Below, piece by piece: positions 36,916-50,400 of a stretch of DNA of 64,000 nucleotides. The stretch's first letter is position 1; every line of letters begins with the position of its first letter. The notes beneath the pieces were generated by a model. It made no database searches. It saw nothing but the letters and a program-made list of their open reading frames with translations, and was not told the origin of the DNA. This DNA is from Marsupella aquatica (taxonomy: Eukaryota; Plantae; Marchantiophyta). Location: NCBI GenBank assembly GCA_973895155.1, contig OZ316894.1, positions 10,321,774 to 10,385,773 of the forward strand, written 5' to 3'. The position numbers and the translations under genes are program-made.

Positions 36916-38109
36916 TGCACTAGTAGTAAAACTTGTTGTGGGCCCAGAATTTGACCCTAAACTAACTATCATGGTTTTATTTATATTAACATATTACTTT
37001 TCTTCTTTTGTTTTACAAACACTTAATTGGACTTTGAAATTTCATCTCACTATTATATATGCAACCTTAGCCGTTTCCAAAGCTATCCTCATGCATGCCA
37101 CCTTTTTGAAAACCCTAGCTGTAACCTAAACACATGCATTCTCCATCTTGTAAAGAAACTCTCTCAAACATTTCCATTCTACAAAATTTTCAAACAACTC
37201 TCTTTGCAAAACATTTTCAAGCTTGTCAAGAAGCAACTTCTGAACACTTTGTGAATAACACACCATCGGTAATTGTGATGCCAATGTGTTCTCAACTTTG
37301 CGAATCAACTGGATTCGGTAACTTGCGACTATTTATGCTTCACAATATTGTGCGAAGCTAATAGGTTCACAATATATATTTGAGTACATTATTATCGCTA
37401 AATTATGAAACAAAAGAGATCCAAATGCAGTCGCGATGGTCGCGGATCCACAAATACTTTGTGAGACGAATAGTATCTGAAAGAGTTGCGAATTCAATCC
37501 GATCTCAAACAAATTGCGAGGTATTTAGCTTCGCAACACCATGTTGCGAACCTGTGAGCATGGTTTATTGTGATGCGTGTTTGATTACAAAATATCTGAA
37601 GTCGATGACATCGCAAGACCATCCCGGCGTAAAAAAAAAGCTTCGCAAAAGGGGCCAATATGTAGTAGTGGGTGTGGCTAACCAGGTTGTGTGCTTGTAA
37701 CGTGGATTCCTTGAAGCGTTGGACTTGACATATATGTGTGATCGCGTCGGACAAGATTGTTGTTGGATTAGCACCCGCCAATCATTGTTTGATTTGCAGC
37801 ATTGAAGATTATTGTGGGTTTTGGGCATGTGTGGACATTGGATGACATGCTGATCCTGGTTGAGAATAAGTCTGATGTTGCCCATTTGAAAGCAACCACG
37901 CTACCAGTAGACAGTTGGTAAGTAGAGAAATAAGATCGCGTTAGACAAACATACGTGATAAGAGGAACCCAATCCAACATCCATTTATTGTCATACATTT
38001 TGGGTGAAAAAATCAAAACCAGAAAAAATCAAAATCATACATCTTGGGCGTCACGACATCTTTTCTCTTGACGACATCTTGGGTGTCACGACATTTTTTT
38101 CTTCACATC

Positions 38110-38138
38110 TTTTGTGCAACGCACGGGTATTGAGCTTG
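38110..38138 (+). mobile_element. Helitron-like 3' terminus (degenerate)
   Basis: GTGCAACGCACGGG hairpin followed by CTTG|T, resembling the plant Helitron end …GTGCAACGCACGGG…CTAG|T. Confidence 0.55.
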
Positions 38139-38700
38139 TTTCTAATGAAACCTAAGTTACGGTGAGCCTTGAATAGTACCTTGAGGCATTTGCAATAAAT
38201 TATAGATAGTTTAGTTTAATTAACTAAGCAAGGACTATTTGAAATAGGGCTAACAAGTGGGAAGTAGTGGATAAATAATTATAATTTCAACTAAGATGTT
38301 TTAATTAATTATTTAGTAACCATGTAAGATGTAAGGTGGTCATTTGAATAGTGCACAACTCTAATTTAAGATGTCTCGGTTAGAATATGATTGTACCTTC
38401 TAAGTAGAAAGGATTGGGGAACCTTATATGACGTTACTTTATGTCATTCATCACAATCATGGGATCATTTCCAAATTTAAAAGTAATTAAATATTATTAT
38501 TAATAGTAAGTAATACTAGTAAAATTACTAGACAGTCTGCGCTTTAGTTGTATTAGTTTTAGATAGATGTATATTTTTCCATCATAATATTTTTTTTAGA
38601 TGTAATGTTGAGTCATCTTAAAATTGTTATATTGATAATTTATTAAATTCATTGCCTATAGGATGTGGCACATATTATGGATAATTGGTTTTTTCACTTA

Positions 38701-39239
38701 TCTTATTATAAAAGCCCCAACTCAAGTCTACTTTTAAGAACCTAGGTCTAGAGTAAAGCCTCTAGACCATAACTCTATGGCCATAGCATGGGAAAAATTC
38801 ATGACATGACTATGATATATGTGAACTGGTGCATGCAAGTTTTTTTGATAATTTCTAAGTATTTAGATTCAAAAAATATGGGCACTATGGCCCCCACCAC
38901 AACATATGTGCATGGAAGATGGAAATGGTCACTGATGTGCACATAAAGGAGAATAGTATATTATACATGACTATTAAATTGATAAGTTTTTTGAATCATT
39001 CATTAACCTTCAAAAAATATAAATAGATGATATATTTTGATAATACTTTTATTATCCTCTCGCTATTCACGTTCAAAGAACGGGTAGTCGGGAATGGTAT
39101 ATTATATAAGACTATTAAAATGATGAGTTTTTTTATCATTTCATTAACCTTCAAAGAATATGAATAGAGAATATATTTTGATAATACTTTTATTATCCTC
39201 TCCGCTATTCACGTTCAAAGAACGGGTAGTCGGGGCTAG
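38701..39239 (+). mobile_element. Small non-autonomous Helitron
   Basis: A|TCTTATTATAAAAG 5' end, CGTTCAAAGAACG hairpin and CTAG|T 3' end; the last ~140 bp are tandemly duplicated. Confidence 0.75.
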
Positions 39240-42200
39240 TTAATATTAATTATTCAATGTTTTGATAACTTATCTTAATATCATCGCTTTCATGAAAACA
39301 ATCCGCCAAGGAGAAGAGCGCATGCGGAAGAGGCCACCAAAACTGAAATTAGAAAAAGAATTTCAAATTTCAAATTTCCCCCCAAAACCTTTTTCGGGTT
39401 GAGAAGGTACGAGCACGTTGTTTCAAGTTTTGGTAAGAGTTTGGTCGTCTCTCGTAACTTTTGTTTCATTCTTGTTTTGAGATTTCTGTGATTGCTGCGA
39501 GGCGGAGGAGTAGTTGCTTTTGTGGATTCTCCTGGCGTGTAGGAGCTTGTTTCAGCCGGGGCCGAGTGGACCATCTTTTGGACTCAGCGCTTCTTGAATT
39601 GTAGTGACAGACATTAGCCTCTTGATCGGTGACCGTTGCACAACTGAAGAGATTTTGGGCGCAGATTAGCAGGTGATTCCCTCTCTCCATTTTATCATGT
39701 GAATTTAGAGCAACAAAGTGTCTCAAGAATTGAATGTCTCATTTAAACCTCGTCTCTTCACACTTTGAGTCTTCTCTTCTATTGATCTGCTGAGTATGGA
39801 TGGAATTTTCAGTCGACAGTTTTATCGGATAGAATTAGAGTCCACTCCTTCACTCTCCGGTGTTTTAGGAGATGATTTAAGAAGTTTTGAGAAACAACAC
39901 ACTATTCCTTTGATTTAGTAATCCTGCATGTCTCTCAAGCCTTCGGAGATAGAGAGATAAGGACGAGAACATTGTTATTCTGAGAATAATATCCTTGATG
40001 AATGTTTGAAGCTGTTTCGTCGACGGGACACTGTTCCGCCACCCAATTGAGTCCATGATTTCAAATAGTGACTTGGCAGAATAATCCCCTTTGGCGAACA
40101 ATTACATCTTCAACGGAACACTGTTTCGGGGGCTCAGTTAGTCGGGTAGCTGGTCTAGGTAGGGAGGGACGGAACACTATTCCGAGGGACATTGCTACTC
40201 AAGTGTTGACAAATCCGGGTAGAGGGTGTGGGTATGGAGCAACGGAACACTGTTCCGGGGGACTTTCAATTTGACAATTCAATGCCTCTTGTGTTGTCGG
40301 TTGGAGACTAACCCAAGTTCTTCCTTTTAGTGTAATTTTATTGCTAATTAGATTGTTTTAATATCGATAAGGCGACCAAAACTCGAGTGAGAATGATTCG
40401 AAGTTAACGGACAACTATCCCGAAGCTCCCGTGAGTAGTAGTTGTGAATATTAAGACACGCATGGAACCCATTTGGTTAGGATAGATAGGACCATTTTTG
40501 GAAGTTTCCTGCGACGGAACAGTGTTCCGGAGGACATTGTTAGCCCAGTACACACCGTTTTTTAATTCGTCTCGAGCCACAAATTAGATACCCTAACTTG
40601 GGGTATAAAAATTTGTATCCTGAATAGTGTCAAGTGGTGTTCGGATAGGGATAGTAAATTAGCCACCGGTCGGAAGATGGGACCCACGGGATAGTGTTTC
40701 GTAGGTAGTCATTTATTTTTAGGAAGATATCCCCATTTAGTGTTCGGATATTTTTGAAGAGACAATATTAGATTTCTGAGAGATGAAATGTTGGAATTTC
40801 AAAGGGGGAGACTTTGTTCAATGTAAATTGTTTGAGTGGCTTTAGATAGGGAACCCATTTTATGAATGTCATGAGCTATATTGTCTAATCTCTTTATGGT
40901 TTTTGGATCAGTTACAAATGGTGACGTCCAAGAATTGGATTCGACTTGGGAAAGAAGTTGGAGTATGCAATGGACCTACTTTGGTTGCGAAGGGGGTGAT
41001 TATGAATATTGATCCGATGTTTAAGACCCAAGATGGATCTTTAGGTTCGGCTCGAGTGTTGGTAAGGGTTCAGAAAGTTGTCAGTCTGGTTGAAGCAAAC
41101 ACTCTCAAATTTGAAGATGGGTCCATCATGGCTTGGAGGCGGTCGGATCTTCTTCCCCCGGCTCCAGATGAGATTTTGATTCCAAACATTATGCAACACC
41201 GCCATCAGAGTGAGGAGACAGATGACATTCAGGAAATCCAACTCAGGATAAGGAAATTATCATAAAGAGAGGAGATTGGCGAGAAATGACTGTCAAAGTC
41301 ATTGATGAGGGTAATGTCAATTTCTCAATTGCGATGGTGAGTACCACCAATCCGGCTGTCGTGTTGCAGGGGACACTACTCGGGGAGACACATGTAGGCA
41401 TACTCATTACAGAATTTGTTGATGGTGCTAGAAGGGACCATTTGAAATACAAGGATTGCCTTGTTCCTTGGCCGATCGCAAGGTTAATTGCACCAGGAGG
41501 GAGAAGTTTACTTTATCACCTTCAGAATCAAGGATCTGAACAACATGATGTCTCCAGTGGGAAGAGGTCGTATGTTCATAAAGTGAGATCTCAAAAAAAA
41601 ACCCGAAGGGATGTTTCAAGGAAAGAAAGAGCATTGTCACCTGAAGATATCTTACTGATCAGTACATACAACTATTGTCGGCAAAAATGCTCACTAGTAG
41701 AAAACATGGTTGTTTATGACTGCAACAATGACAACCCAACTGGTCTTTTCATCAAAATAATGACGCATTTGATTCCGTCTTTCCAGACACGTTGCATTGG
41801 ACAAATGCGTCATGGTCATATCGGACAAATGACCTAAAAGTCTCATGGTCATTTGTTATTGTCCAAAATGACTCTAATATTTTTGGGTCATAAATGACTA
41901 ACGGTCCAAAATGACGTAAAAAATTGTCATCGACGGTCTTGTGCCGTTCATTGTTGACGGTCACCGTCACCAATAACAGAATGCCACGTGTCCATCGACT
42001 AAACAAATAATATGTCATTTCAGACAAGTCCAAAATGACCCATATTTTGAGCGAATGAAATACAGACACATGGCATCTCTAGTGATCAACATGTGGCAAT
42101 AATTTCTTGTCATTACAGACATGTCTAAAATGACTAAAGATGTGATGAATCATTAGCCGCCATGTGGATCATTCTCTCATAGCACATTGGAGAAACTTTG

Positions 42201-45200
42201 TTGTCATTTCGGATATGTCCAAAGTGACCCTAGTTTAAGCAAGTTAAGTGACGACACATTACATAAGTCAATCAGTCATTTTGGACAGTCATTACAAATG
42301 TCATATTGTCATGGCTAAAATGACTACATAAGGGGTCATTAAATATGTTATTTCACGGTGTCATTTTGGATGTCATAAGGCACCGTCATTTATAATGTCA
42401 TTTTGAGTGTCATGGAGGGTGTCATTTTGACACTCATGTATTTAGAAGTTTTCTATTGCATCCTTAAAAAAAGGAAATCACTAGATGTTACTTAAAAAAT
42501 GATAACGGATGACATTCAATATGATAAATGCATAATACATATAGAATGACAAATCATACATCTCTACATAAGGAATACAATCATCCAAAGATAATGGAAG
42601 TTACTCATAGATGTATTTTGAAAGAACCAAATAGAAATCATGCTTTATTCATTAAGACTCAATGATTGAAAAGCTATGTGGGAAACACAATTTGGATAGT
42701 TTAATCAATGCATCTACAATGGAATGAGGGCACTCTTGACCATCTAATCCTGTAGCCTATCTTTAGCAATCTACGGTAGCTTATTGTGTTTCAACTCTAT
42801 CAGAAATGTTCTAATTAAGAGTGACTTTCCTTGCTCACCACAAATTAATCACTATGTACAATTGATACAAAGACAATCCTGTACAACACACAAAAGGTGT
42901 GAGACATTGCAGTTCTCAATATGTCTCTATTATATGCAGTATTGACTATTAGAATGTTGGCTGCAACTGGTTAGACATAACTTACAACAATCAAATAAGT
43001 GACATGAAAAAATAACACACTCTAGTGATCCTGTATTGCGGGCATTGTCTGAGAGGCAAGTACTTGTTATAAATTCCAAGAGGTACCTGCCCACAAGTCT
43101 TCGTCCTCCGTGTAGCTTGTGGAACTTGTTCAGCTTTCCATTATCAACATTCTCTTGCCCTCATCAAAATTATTGGCCAGATCCTCCAATTCCATCCCAC
43201 TGTAGCATCCAGAGTCCAGTTCATTCCAACATTGCATTGGTAAGCTAGCCTTAATTATTGTCATCGCAAACTAACAAGTATCTGAATTCTGCTCTTTCCA
43301 TCATGAGATAACATATCATTTGAGTCTTCAGGTTGCAGGATCTTTGCGAAGATGACAGCCAACATTGAAATTCTAAATTAGCATGCCAGACTTACCAAAA
43401 GACCTCTCAAAAATATCCTCTTGTCACCAAAGTTGAACATAAACAATGCCAGCAACTTACTCATGTTTATCTAGGTCCTAGTCAAGAGCTTAATATCTAG
43501 TACCCATCAAAAGTGCAAGAACGCAAGTCGAGCAATGGGACCAAACCAATAAGTAAATTTGGAGAAGGGACTGCACCTTTCTAGGGTGGCACAGGGACCA
43601 ATGGTACCTTTTATCCTCAAGTCCTTTGACAATCATTTCAAATATATCACTGCCAGCAAGTACAAAACAAAACATTAATTAATTTTTTATCAAAGCATCT
43701 GTCCCTACCAGAATTTCACATAAAAAGTAGATTCCTTCCTGGCTCGTCATCCAAAAAAACCAAGTGAACAAGTCAAAGATGAAGTTGGTTATTGGTTAGA
43801 GTAAATCCTTTCAAGTCAAACAAAGGGATGCAGGACATGCAATTAGCTGCTTTGCTAAAATTTCTAGACTTTCATAATACTTGATATTTGAAAGCTTCAT
43901 GATACTGGAAAACTGTGTCCTTGTCCAGGTCCTCACTAGATCTTATTGGATCTGAAATGTCCATTGACACTATGTGCAATATAAAATTTCAACTATCAAT
44001 ACAATATATACTACAATCTGGACAAATGAATTGGACATATCCTGCAATGAAAGAAACCAGGATGGATTAAAAATTGGAGAAGCGAACATAAGCGCCTTTT
44101 CTAGGATGGCCCTGGGATATAGAGAGATGTCTCTGCAATAGTAATTAGTTGCTAGAATTACTGAATCAGAAAATATTCCTAGCGAAGGAGGATCCCACAG
44201 GCTATCATATGGTTCTGTCAAATGTTACAATGACACAATTAATAACTTGCAGCTTTCAATCGACTAAAAGCAGTAGAGAAGAAGTATATAGTAATACTCC
44301 TCATTCTCCTCTGTCCCATGTTGCACATAGTAAATGCTCCAATATTTAATTTGTTGAGCTTTTGCAAAGGGATTCAAACTCTGAAATTATTCAGTTCACC
44401 AGAGCAGACACCCCAGCCAAAAACTCTGCCAATGCAGCAAAGCAAAGTAAAAGCCTTACCTTGCTTTTTAGTCACTGAGGCCACTTGAAGAGACCTGATC
44501 AAGAGACTCGCTCCTCCCAAATCTCTGCTAAAGGACCTGCAATGTCTTGAGAAGCTACATCCCACCAACACCATGGAATTAATAGAAGCAAGGACAATGA
44601 GGAAATTAAAGGACGATGAAACATACTCAGAGGAGCTCCAACTTACCAATGGTGGCAAGCTAGACTGTTCCCAAAGCTGACAAAAACGTTTGATGGCCCG
44701 GGTGAAACATACTATTCATGTGGGCAGAAGACTCACCAATAAATCCAAAACAACAACTTTGACATGCACCTAGACAGAAAATTGGTCTAGATTGTAATGG
44801 GTAATAAAAACGAAGCTCAACCGGGAGACAAGTAGTGGAAACAGTGCTGTCTTAAATAGAAAAGCAGATACAATAAAGAGAGATAACCTTTAAAGTTAAC
44901 TTGTCTAAAAAGCAAGGCAGATCCAGATAGTGCATGCGGCAGGAGACATCACTTACGAATTGAGCAATTCAAGACTTGAAAAAGGGAAACAAAAAAGTGT
45001 CCCAAGCTGAAAAAGAGACGTCCCTTGTCCAACTTCCTTGGGCATTAAGAGTTGAAAAGTACTGTGGCCCGTCAACTGTCAGATTGAAACACAGAAGAAT
45101 AAAGCAAGGTCTTTGATTGAATTTGCTTTGGCCATTCACTCTATCTCCATCTCCTGTGACTACGTAAATTACGATGATCAAATGTATTGCAGTTCAACAG

Positions 45201-47479
45201 CTAAAATCTAAGGGAAATATCCACTCATGGCGCTCTCGTACCATCCACCTCCTTGCTGGCAATTCTTAGAGCCAATCATTTATAGATTTATAACCAACAA
45301 GCTGATTCGGCTACTGTACGTGACTGTCTTGTATAAGAAAATAATGTCTCAAACTTAGAAACTACAAGTGCAATGAAGGACGTACTGATTCGGGGATGAA
45401 TATCAGAGGTCAAGTACCAGCACCGAATGTAAAATCAATCTCGTGGAAGATAGATGAGCAATTAAACTGGCCAGTTGCATCCAAAATCTGTATGGCAAAA
45501 CCTAAGTGGATGGCAGCGGCTGCCTGGAGAAAAGAGAAGGGGATCATATATAGCTCAATGCAGCTCCAAGCTGGGAGATTGGGGTGCAATAGCAAGGCGC
45601 CCGCAGCTGCAGCCAGCCACCTAATTAATTACAATCAATTCTCCACTGAAATCTGTCATTTCCGTCGCCGTTGTACTCACCGAAGGTTCAAATTACGACT
45701 ATCTCTACCTAGTGTAAAATAGTTTGCAGTTAATTACAGCTAAGTCAACATTAAGGCTGGACTCGGGCCTTTCTGCCCAGGAAAGCATACGCAAACCATT
45801 TCCATAGCTTTGAACATTTCCCGCAACCAGAACACTCGAACATTGTGTTTCACCTGAGTCGCATCCCTTCCATTGAGACCCGTAGCTTTTCGCAAGTCAT
45901 GAAAAAGTCTGCTCAGACGGACGCTGCTGACTCATTGCATTCATGGATACAGCAACTCAATTTATCTTCCCACAGATCAAATTGGAAATTGCAAAGTAAG
46001 GGCATAGCTGCAATTGGAGGCATGACCAGCTTCGGACATTGAAAGAATGGCTGATTGCAGCAAAGCACAACAAACCAGGGAACACTGATACCAGTTGAAG
46101 CAGTGATTTGACGGTCCATATGTGCACGAGCCTGCCAACAAAGATAGCACAGACGTCAAATTGAAAGCCCATCTGCAGAGTCGAGTGGAGCAAAGGAATA
46201 ATCAGTAGTTGAAAGAATCTAGCAGCATGCTGGAGAAGGTTGGATCAAGCTATGGAAACATTGGGAGGGCAGAACAACTGAGAGATTTTGTCATGATACA
46301 ATGAACATGCCGGAGTGATAGGGCACTAAGTCCAGTCTCCATGGCTAGAGAGCTTGAAGGTCTGGCAGCACCCAAAGAACTGAGCGCGCGCAACTATTTT
46401 CAAGAGTGGGAATTTTGAAAATACAGAGGGAAGTAGTTAAAGCCGTTTTACACTGTAAATCACTCCTTATGGACCTGTAAACTGACTATAAACCATTGTA
46501 AAGCTGGTTTTTAGAACCTAGAGTGAACCCTAGTCAATTTGGATGACCTATGAAGTGCAAGGGTTGAATTTCAAAAATGAATTAGAAAGAAGAAGGAGTG
46601 ATCACATTTACAAGAGTGTAAGTCCTGACTTACAAACCCTATAAACAACTGTAAATGGGGTGCAAAGGAGGTGTAAACCAGCAATTTTACCCCCTTTCCA
46701 AGATCTGTAAGCCACCTTGTTGAGTAGTAGATTTTACCCGAAGGGCATTCTGAAATTGAATGCCAAACCCTGCAGGAAAAGGGGAAAATATTGGGTATTT
46801 TTTTATTTGGGGTACTTGTCAAAAAACATTGCCACCTAACATTAATTATCTACTGTGCATGACAAATTCTAAAATGTGGTACCCATCTATTATTTTAGAT
46901 TATCAAACCTATCCGTAAAGGTGGTACTTCTTTTGATACTTGTTTGGACAGAATTTTGGCTGATGCTACCCAAATTCATCTGACTTTTGATAGGATATGG
47001 AATTGCTACAGTATGGCTTCAAGGGAATCCCAATGAAAATACTCATCCAAGATCGACTAGCTTTTTGTCCCACATCCTCTTGTTGGGTAGTGTGGTGTAT
47101 ACTGTACGTAGGAGCACTAGACCCTAGACTAAAAGTTATGCTTTGTTGATGCTCCTCAATGACAAAAACAATGATCATGTCATTATAAATGACACCTTTG
47201 TCTATTTTGTAAACGCATGGATACAATTCCATTAATTTTTTAGTAGTACATTTCCCCTTTCCACTTAACATGACTGCATATATATAATGTATGTTAAGGC
47301 AATTTTTTGGGTGATGGGTTATTTCTCAAAACTATGTGTATGCACTAGATCAAAATTTGTCAAGACTCGCAGATTAGTCAAATGCATCAATTAAATGGTA
47401 TCATTCAGTGACGGTATCATAGTCATATTCATTCCAAAATTAATGCTATAGTTAAATAACTCTTGCACTAAGAACCACC

Positions 47480-50400
47480 AATAAATAAGAACAAGTATAG
47501 TGCCCCGCACCCTTCACATGGGTTGTGTGGTGTATGTAGATCTCCACAACACTTTGAGGCCCACCTCTAGACCTTAGTTCCAAATTGGCCATTTTTTGTG
47601 GTCTTAAATGACATCATGAAGGACCCCTCTAATGACCACATATGCAGTCATTTGGCTCATATGACCTCCAATGTGACAGCTCTAATGACCATTTTTCATA
47701 TCACTGGCATTTATGACACCCCATTGTTCACAAATGACCCAATAAAGGGCCATCTATAGAGCCCCTTCTATATTCCTTTGCAAAATGAAAATAATATTTC
47801 AACCCCTAACACCCCACAAACACCACCAAGGCAAACACAGGGACGACACCCTTCCATTGGTGTGGCAACACCCCTAGTAGAGACAAAATTCAGTTCCATT
47901 TGCCTTTGGATGAGGTGATATCCCTATTTCGTGACACTTTTGGCATATCCCTCTAAAGTGGTATGACTTGGGAGGGATTTAATTTCCCCAAAAATTTGCA
48001 TCATGCCTTTGTGTCCACCAATTAAAAAAGCTAGACAACTGTAAGTCAAATGTAATTTACAAGTTCATACATAAATATAAATGTACGTTTGACTCAATGG
48101 ACCTTCACTCATCATGGCCTACGAAAAGCTCCTAGAACCACAAGCTAGGGTCATTTGTGCTGGTCCATAATGACACCATGAGGACCTCTCTAATGATCAC
48201 ATATCCAGTCATTTGGTACATATGACCTCCAATATGACAGTCAAAATTACCCCAATTTGAGTCATTTTCATAATGACACACCATTGTTGCATATTGACCA
48301 AATAAACATTACAATAACGCCTCAGAATGCCCCATCACTATTCATTTGCAAAACAGAGTATCCCCCATCCAAACACCAATACAAATATCACATAGTTACA
48401 TGGAATGACGACAACCCTCCATTCTTGTTGCACTACCTCTTGGAGAGACCAAAAAAAAAAGGGTTCCATTTGCCTTTGGATAAGTGATATCCATTGATTG
48501 TCACTTTTTGGCAATTCACTCTAGAGTCATACTACTTGGGAGTGATTTCCCCAAGATTCCATCATGCCTTACGTAAATGCAAAACTATGCGTCAAAATTA
48601 ATTATGGTGCACTAGTGGTAGGAGAATAGTAAATATAGTGTTCCACACCTAGTGGAGGGGTTGTCAGCTCTATGTAAAGCCACATGGCACTCTAGGGCCC
48701 ATCTCCAACCTCTAGCCCAAACTGGTCATTTGTGCTAATCCTGAATGACTACACAAGGGACCCCTCTAATGACTACAAATACATTCTTTTGACACATATG
48801 ACATCCCATATGACAATTTCAATGACCCTACATGTAGTCATTGGTAATTATGACATGCAATGGTTCACAAATGACCGAATGAAGACCCTTCGGGGGTTTC
48901 ACTTTCACAAAAATGGCACATCATGTGCTACAAAGTAGATGGTTATTTTATTGGTTTGAAGGGAAGACTTAAGAATTTTCTGAGAAGAAAAATTGGGTCT
49001 TTTAAATCAAATATTCCAACTTTATAGGGGGTGAAAATTAAATATTTGTTCTTACATTTTAGGGGGTCCAAGGCCTAAAAATGTCGCAGGTGATGGGGAG
49101 GCATCCATATAGTGAGACCCCCGAGGAAGGCCCTAGTACCTCCAAAGCGAGCCCAATCTATATTTCTTGCAAAATTGGAATATTCCTAGCCTCTACCTCA
49201 AACCCGCACACACACCCTAGAGAGCAAAGCACTACGACCTTGCCCATTCCATTGATGTTGCACTATGTACCTCTTAGAGAGACCAAAAAATGTTTTAATT
49301 TGCATTTGGATAAGAAGGTACCATCCATAATGACACTTTGGCAAATCACTCCAAAGTTGTATAACTTGGGAGTGATTTTTCCAAAGTTGCATCTTGCCTA
49401 AAGTAAACACAAAAACATGGCTCCAAAATGTTTATAGCGCAACTAGTGGTCAGAGAATGACGAGTATAGTGTCCCGCACCTAGTGAAGGGGTTGTCAGCT
49501 CCATGTAGGGCCCCATGGCACTCTAGGGCCCACCTAAATCTCCTAGACCCAACAGGGTCATTTATGCTAGTCCATAATGACACCATGAGGGACCTCACTA
49601 ATGACCACATATACAGTCATTTGGTCCAAATGACCTCCAATATGACTGCCAAAATTACTCTTACTGCAGTCATTGGCACTAATGACACACCATCAATAGA
49701 AAATGACCCAATGAAGATTACAACACCTACTCACAATGCCCCAACACTATTCTTTGCCAAACAGAGACTTATCCCCATCAAACACCAACACAAAAAGCAC
49801 ACAATTACATAGAAGGAGAACAATCTTCCATTGGCGTTGCACTACTTCTTGGAGAGACAAAACAAACGGCTCAATTTTCCTTTGGAAATGATGGTATGAC
49901 TCTATGGTGACACTTTTGGCAAATCACTCCAAAGTTGTATGACTTGGGAGTGATTTCCCCAAGGTTCCATCATGCCTAAAGTAAACACAAAAACATGGCT
50001 TCAAAGTGCTAATGGTGCAACAAGTGGTTGGAGAATAGCAAATATAGTATTTTGCACCTGGTGGAGGGGTTGCAAGCTGTATGTGGGGCCACATGGCACT
50101 CTAGGGCCCACCTCCAACGCTTAGTCATTCATGCTTGTCTTCAATGACTGCACTATGGACCCCTCAAATGACAACAAGTCCAATCATTTGACTTATATGA
50201 CATCCCATATGACCATTTCAATGACCCTACTTGTAATCATTGGCACTTATGACACGACTTTGTTAAAAAATGACTCAATGAAGGTCCTAGTATCTCCAGA
50301 GAGAGCCCACTCTAGATTCCTTGTAAAATTGGAATATTCCTATACCTTTAAACATCGCACACATCATAGAGGGAAGCACCACTGTCACGCCCATTCCATG

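Larger units (their letters stand above)
27782..37670. mobile_element. CACTA (En/Spm) element, ~9.9 kb, near full length
   Basis: CACTACAACAC… / …TGTAGTAGTG termini, 3-bp TSD GGT on both sides, TTCGCA/TGCGA subterminal repeats, TnpD-like and TnpA-like genes. Confidence 0.95.
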
